From Thermodesulfobacteriota bacterium (GTDB lineage Bacteria; Desulfobacterota_D; UBA1144; Nemesobacterales; UBA2774), in NCBI GenBank assembly GCA_963422265.1, contig OY729416.1:661681-725680 (forward strand): 64,000 nt of DNA, read 5' to 3'. The notes below the pieces were generated by a model. It ran no database searches. It was given only the letters and a program-made list of their open reading frames with translations, and was not told the origin of the DNA. Both the position numbers and the translations under genes were made by a program. Below, one piece after another: positions 61,275 to 64,000 of the stretch (positions are counted from its first letter, which is position 1; every line of letters begins with the position of its first letter).

Positions 61275-61721
61275 ATGAATGAAAAAGAACACTTACAACC
61301 TAGCTTCTTTATAGATAAAAATGGGAATTGGTTTCAGAACGGCGTCAAGATTCGGCATAGGCTGACTTACCTTTACAATAACAGGCTCCTTAGGCGCGAC
61401 GGGGAAACGAGGTACTTCATTCAAGAAGGGGCGTTAAAGCTCTACGTAGAAGTAGAGGACACACCATTTGTCGTGAAGATGGTATATAAAAAGGACGAGG
61501 ACTACTTACTAATTCTAAATGATGAAACGGAGGAAAAACTCGACTTTAGCACCCTCAAGATAGACAGCAAAAACGTTCCCCACGTTCGAGTTAAAAATTA
61601 TGAATTTCCCGCAAGGTTTTCAAGACCTGCTTACTATGAGCTTATGAAACACGCAAAGAAAGAGAGAAATGATTATTATATTGAATCAAAAGGAGTAAGA
61701 CACGTCTTAAAAAAGTCTTAG
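61275..61721 (+). CDS. Hypothetical protein (conserved-looking, unknown function)
   Basis: 148-aa ORF in a clean intergenic slot. No motif recognised. Confidence 0.45.
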   Translation: MNEKEHLQPSFFIDKNGNWFQNGVKIRHRLTYLYNNRLLRRDGETRYFIQEGALKLYVEVEDTPFVVKMVYKKDEDYLLILNDETEEKLDFSTLKIDSKNVPHVRVKNYEFPARFSRPAYYELMKHAKKERNDYYIESKGVRHVLKKS

Positions 61722-62875
61722 TTAAATGCGTCCACCAGCCTCAATATAATTTCATCCGCTAGTAGGTTTCCTTTTTTTGTTAGCCTGAGTTTGTTTCTGG
61801 AAGATTCAATAAAACCACCGTCTAGCAAATCCTCAAGAATATCTACTTGAGGAGACGCTCTATACCTTGAACAGAGTTCTAAAGCATCTAAACCCTCTTT
61901 TAGTCTGAGACCCATTAACAAGCGATCTTCAAACGAGTGACCTCTACTAAGAGCTTCGGTAAATTCTATAGGCTTTTGAGAATTCCTGACAGACTTCATA
62001 TAAAGCGAGGGATTTTTCAGGTCTGCCCATCTGCTGCCCCATTCGGAATCACGAGTTTGAGAAAAATGCGAATGCGCACCCGCGCCAATTCCAAGATAGT
62101 CGCCGCACCTCCAATAAAGCAGGTTATGCTCACACTCATAGCCTGCTCTGGCATAGTTCGAGATTTCATACTGTTCGTAACCCTTACCACCTAGAAATTC
62201 CATCGTAAAAGCTATCAATTCTGATAATGCATCCTCATCAGGAAGGTTCAGTTTGCCGAGCTTGCGCAGCGTGCCAAACGCTGTTCCATTCTCTACCGTA
62301 AGGCAGTACGCGGAGACGTGTTGAGCGCCAAAGCCTACGGCGTGAGTTAGGTCTTCTTTTAACTCGGATAAGGTCTCACCCTTAACCCCATACATAATAT
62401 CGAGACTAAAGTTATCAAAACCCGCCCTAACTAAGTCTTTTAGCATTCTCCTACTATCTTCCGGGCTATTTATTCTTTCTAAAAAAGAAAGTTTTCTTTG
62501 TGAAAAAGATTGTACCCCAACGCTTATTCTATTTATCCCTACATCACGGAGCGCCTTGAGTTTGCTTAAATCCGCCGTCTTAGGATTCGCTTCTAAAGTA
62601 ACCTCCACGTCCCTATGGGGTAACGTTATTTCGTAAATTCCAGAAAGGATTTTTTCTATACTCTCAGGGTTAAAGAGCGACGGCGTGCCTCCTCCAAAAA
62701 ACACCGAAGTCAACTTTGAACCCTTTAACTCCTCGCTATAAAATCTGAGTTCCTTAAGTAAAGCATTCGTGTATTCTCTCTCTGGAAAACGGTCACCCAC
62801 CGCATAAGAGTTAAAATCACAGTAGGGACATTTGGTCACGCAATAAGGAATATGCACGTACACACCTAAAGCCAC
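61718..62875 (-). CDS. hemW: Radical SAM heme chaperone HemW (HemN-like, oxygen-independent coproporphyrinogen oxidase family)
   Basis: CVTKCPYC radical SAM motif at the N-terminus, 385 aa with a HemN C-terminal domain. Overlaps the upstream ORF end by 4 nt. Confidence 0.85.
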   Translation of the reverse strand: MALGVYVHIPYCVTKCPYCDFNSYAVGDRFPEREYTNALLKELRFYSEELKGSKLTSVFFGGGTPSLFNPESIEKILSGIYEITLPHRDVEVTLEANPKTADLSKLKALRDVGINRISVGVQSFSQRKLSFLERINSPEDSRRMLKDLVRAGFDNFSLDIMYGVKGETLSELKEDLTHAVGFGAQHVSAYCLTVENGTAFGTLRKLGKLNLPDEDALSELIAFTMEFLGGKGYEQYEISNYARAGYECEHNLLYWRCGDYLGIGAGAHSHFSQTRDSEWGSRWADLKNPSLYMKSVRNSQKPIEFTEALSRGHSFEDRLLMGLRLKEGLDALELCSRYRASPQVDILEDLLDGGFIESSRNKLRLTKKGNLLADEIILRLVDAFN

Positions 62876-62960
62876 ACCACTATACTACGGTGATTATATA
62901 AGTGTTGCAACGGATTTGTTTTAGAGTGATACTTATTACTTAACTATTACACGCTTAAGC

Positions 62961-64000
62961 ATGAAAATCATACGCACAATTTTGCCCATAGTCCTATGTT
63001 TTCTCACAGCAGTAAGTTTCGCTTCAGCCAACGGGAAAACTGTGCTTACGATTGATGAAGCCGTTAGAATCGCACTAGATAACAATCCAAAAATCACAGT
63101 ATCGGATAACGAGATCGAGATACGCAAAGCCGACTTGAAAAGCGCAAGATCGCAGTATTACCCCCAGATTAGCTCGAGGGTCGTAGTCCCATTCATTGAA
63201 AGCGAGTCGGGCTTTTTTCTCGACCAAATCATATGGGACTTTGGCCAGACGTCCAGCAGAGTAAAATCGAGCAAGGCAATGTTGGAATCCTCTAAATACG
63301 ATAAAAAAACAACGGAAGACGACTTAATTCTCGAGGTTAAAACAAACTACTACGCAGTTCTCGCGCATCAGCACTTAGTCGAAGCTTGCAGAAAAAAGGT
63401 AAAAGAATATGAGAAACGCACCGAGCGAGCTCAGGAGTTTTTCAAATACGGCAAAATATCCCAAAACGACCTTACTAAAGCCGAAGTAAGCTTAGAGAAT
63501 ACAAAACTAGAACTGATTAGCACCCAAAACAATCTTGAGATATCTAAGATAAATCTGCTAACGGTTATGGGAGTAAAAAGCGACTTTAATTACAGACTCA
63601 CGGATAGCGAAAGCATTACTCCTATACTAATTGAAATTGACGATGCAATGGAGCAAGCTATAAGCAACCATCCTGAAATAAAAAGCCTCAAAGCGAAAGA
63701 AGCATCTATGAGGGCTAATTTGAAAGCGGCAAAAAGAGAATTCTATCCCCTTATCGTAGGGAGAGCGGCTTATAGATTTGAAGGAGAAGGAGCCGAAACC
63801 CCGGGGCTCATAGCAGGCGTAGGAATTAAGTTTCCTTTATTCAAGGGCTTTTCCCGATTTGCCGAGCTTGAGAAGGCAAAAGGCAATATAGGAAGGGTTA
63901 AAGCGGAGCTTGAATCCGCCAAAGCGGACATTACGGCGGAAATAAAGAAAATACACCTTGATCTCAAATTTGCAGAACAAAAAATTATATCTACAAAAAA
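62961..64000 (+). CDS. TolC-family outer-membrane efflux protein (partial, continues beyond window)
   Basis: ATG 62961, signal peptide MKIIRTILPIVLCFLTAVSFASA, then TolC N-terminal helical repeat (LTIDEAVRIALDNNP…). No stop before the window end. Confidence 0.75.
   Translation, partial: MKIIRTILPIVLCFLTAVSFASANGKTVLTIDEAVRIALDNNPKITVSDNEIEIRKADLKSARSQYYPQISSRVVVPFIESESGFFLDQIIWDFGQTSSRVKSSKAMLESSKYDKKTTEDDLILEVKTNYYAVLAHQHLVEACRKKVKEYEKRTERAQEFFKYGKISQNDLTKAEVSLENTKLELISTQNNLEISKINLLTVMGVKSDFNYRLTDSESITPILIEIDDAMEQAISNHPEIKSLKAKEASMRANLKAAKREFYPLIVGRAAYRFEGEGAETPGLIAGVGIKFPLFKGFSRFAELEKAKGNIGRVKAELESAKADITAEIKKIHLDLKFAEQKIISTK

Overview
This 64-kb window reads as a gene-dense stretch of bacterial chromosome with moderate GC. 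Nearly every gene is housekeeping, so it looks like core genome rather than an obvious mobile island.

Genes on the plus strand (left to right):
- An SRP RNA that the ORF track cannot show, followed by dnaX, ybaB and recR (the Firmicute-like ffs-dnaX-ybaB-recR order), then a MaoC-like dehydratase and der.
- exbB/exbD and an EamA transporter.
- An orphan VWA protein.
- yigZ with a tightly coupled small ORF, and a TPR protein.
- A glutaminyl cyclase.
- An orphan UvrD-like helicase fused to a RecB-type nuclease, immediately followed by tRNA-Arg(CCU).
- trhO, ugd, and topA carrying an exact 168-bp internal tandem duplication.
- ispG and an SPL-like radical SAM gene.
- A GYD protein, mutL, efp, sseA-like rhodanese and sufE.
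- A partial tolC-family gene at the right edge.

Genes on the minus strand (left to right):
- GT4 glycosyltransferase, phaR, proS, LysE-family exporter, MFS transporter.
- recN, proA, aquaporin, alkaline-phosphatase-family enzyme.
- glnE and priA, then a complete metal ABC importer operon (DtxR/FeoA regulator, lipoprotein binding protein, ATPase, two permeases each with a C-terminal winged-helix-like extension).
- A 6PGDH-fold dehydrogenase.
- A 1416-aa malate synthase plus isocitrate lyase fusion with an extra C-terminal domain.
- pntAA-pntAB-pntB.
- A membrane-anchored protein built from three about 110-aa repeats.
- A cNMP-binding protein, dprA and hemW.

Non-coding signals worth a second look:
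- A 634-bp GC-rich hairpin cluster with a (GGAT)6 microsatellite between glnE and priA, with a related GTCGCCCCT motif on the other side of priA.
- A TTAG/CTAA palindrome upstream of the metal-uptake operon.
- Tandem duplications at the phaR 3' end and in the leader of the cNMP-binding gene.

No CRISPR array, integrase or transposase was seen. I cannot assign a taxon from the sequence alone.
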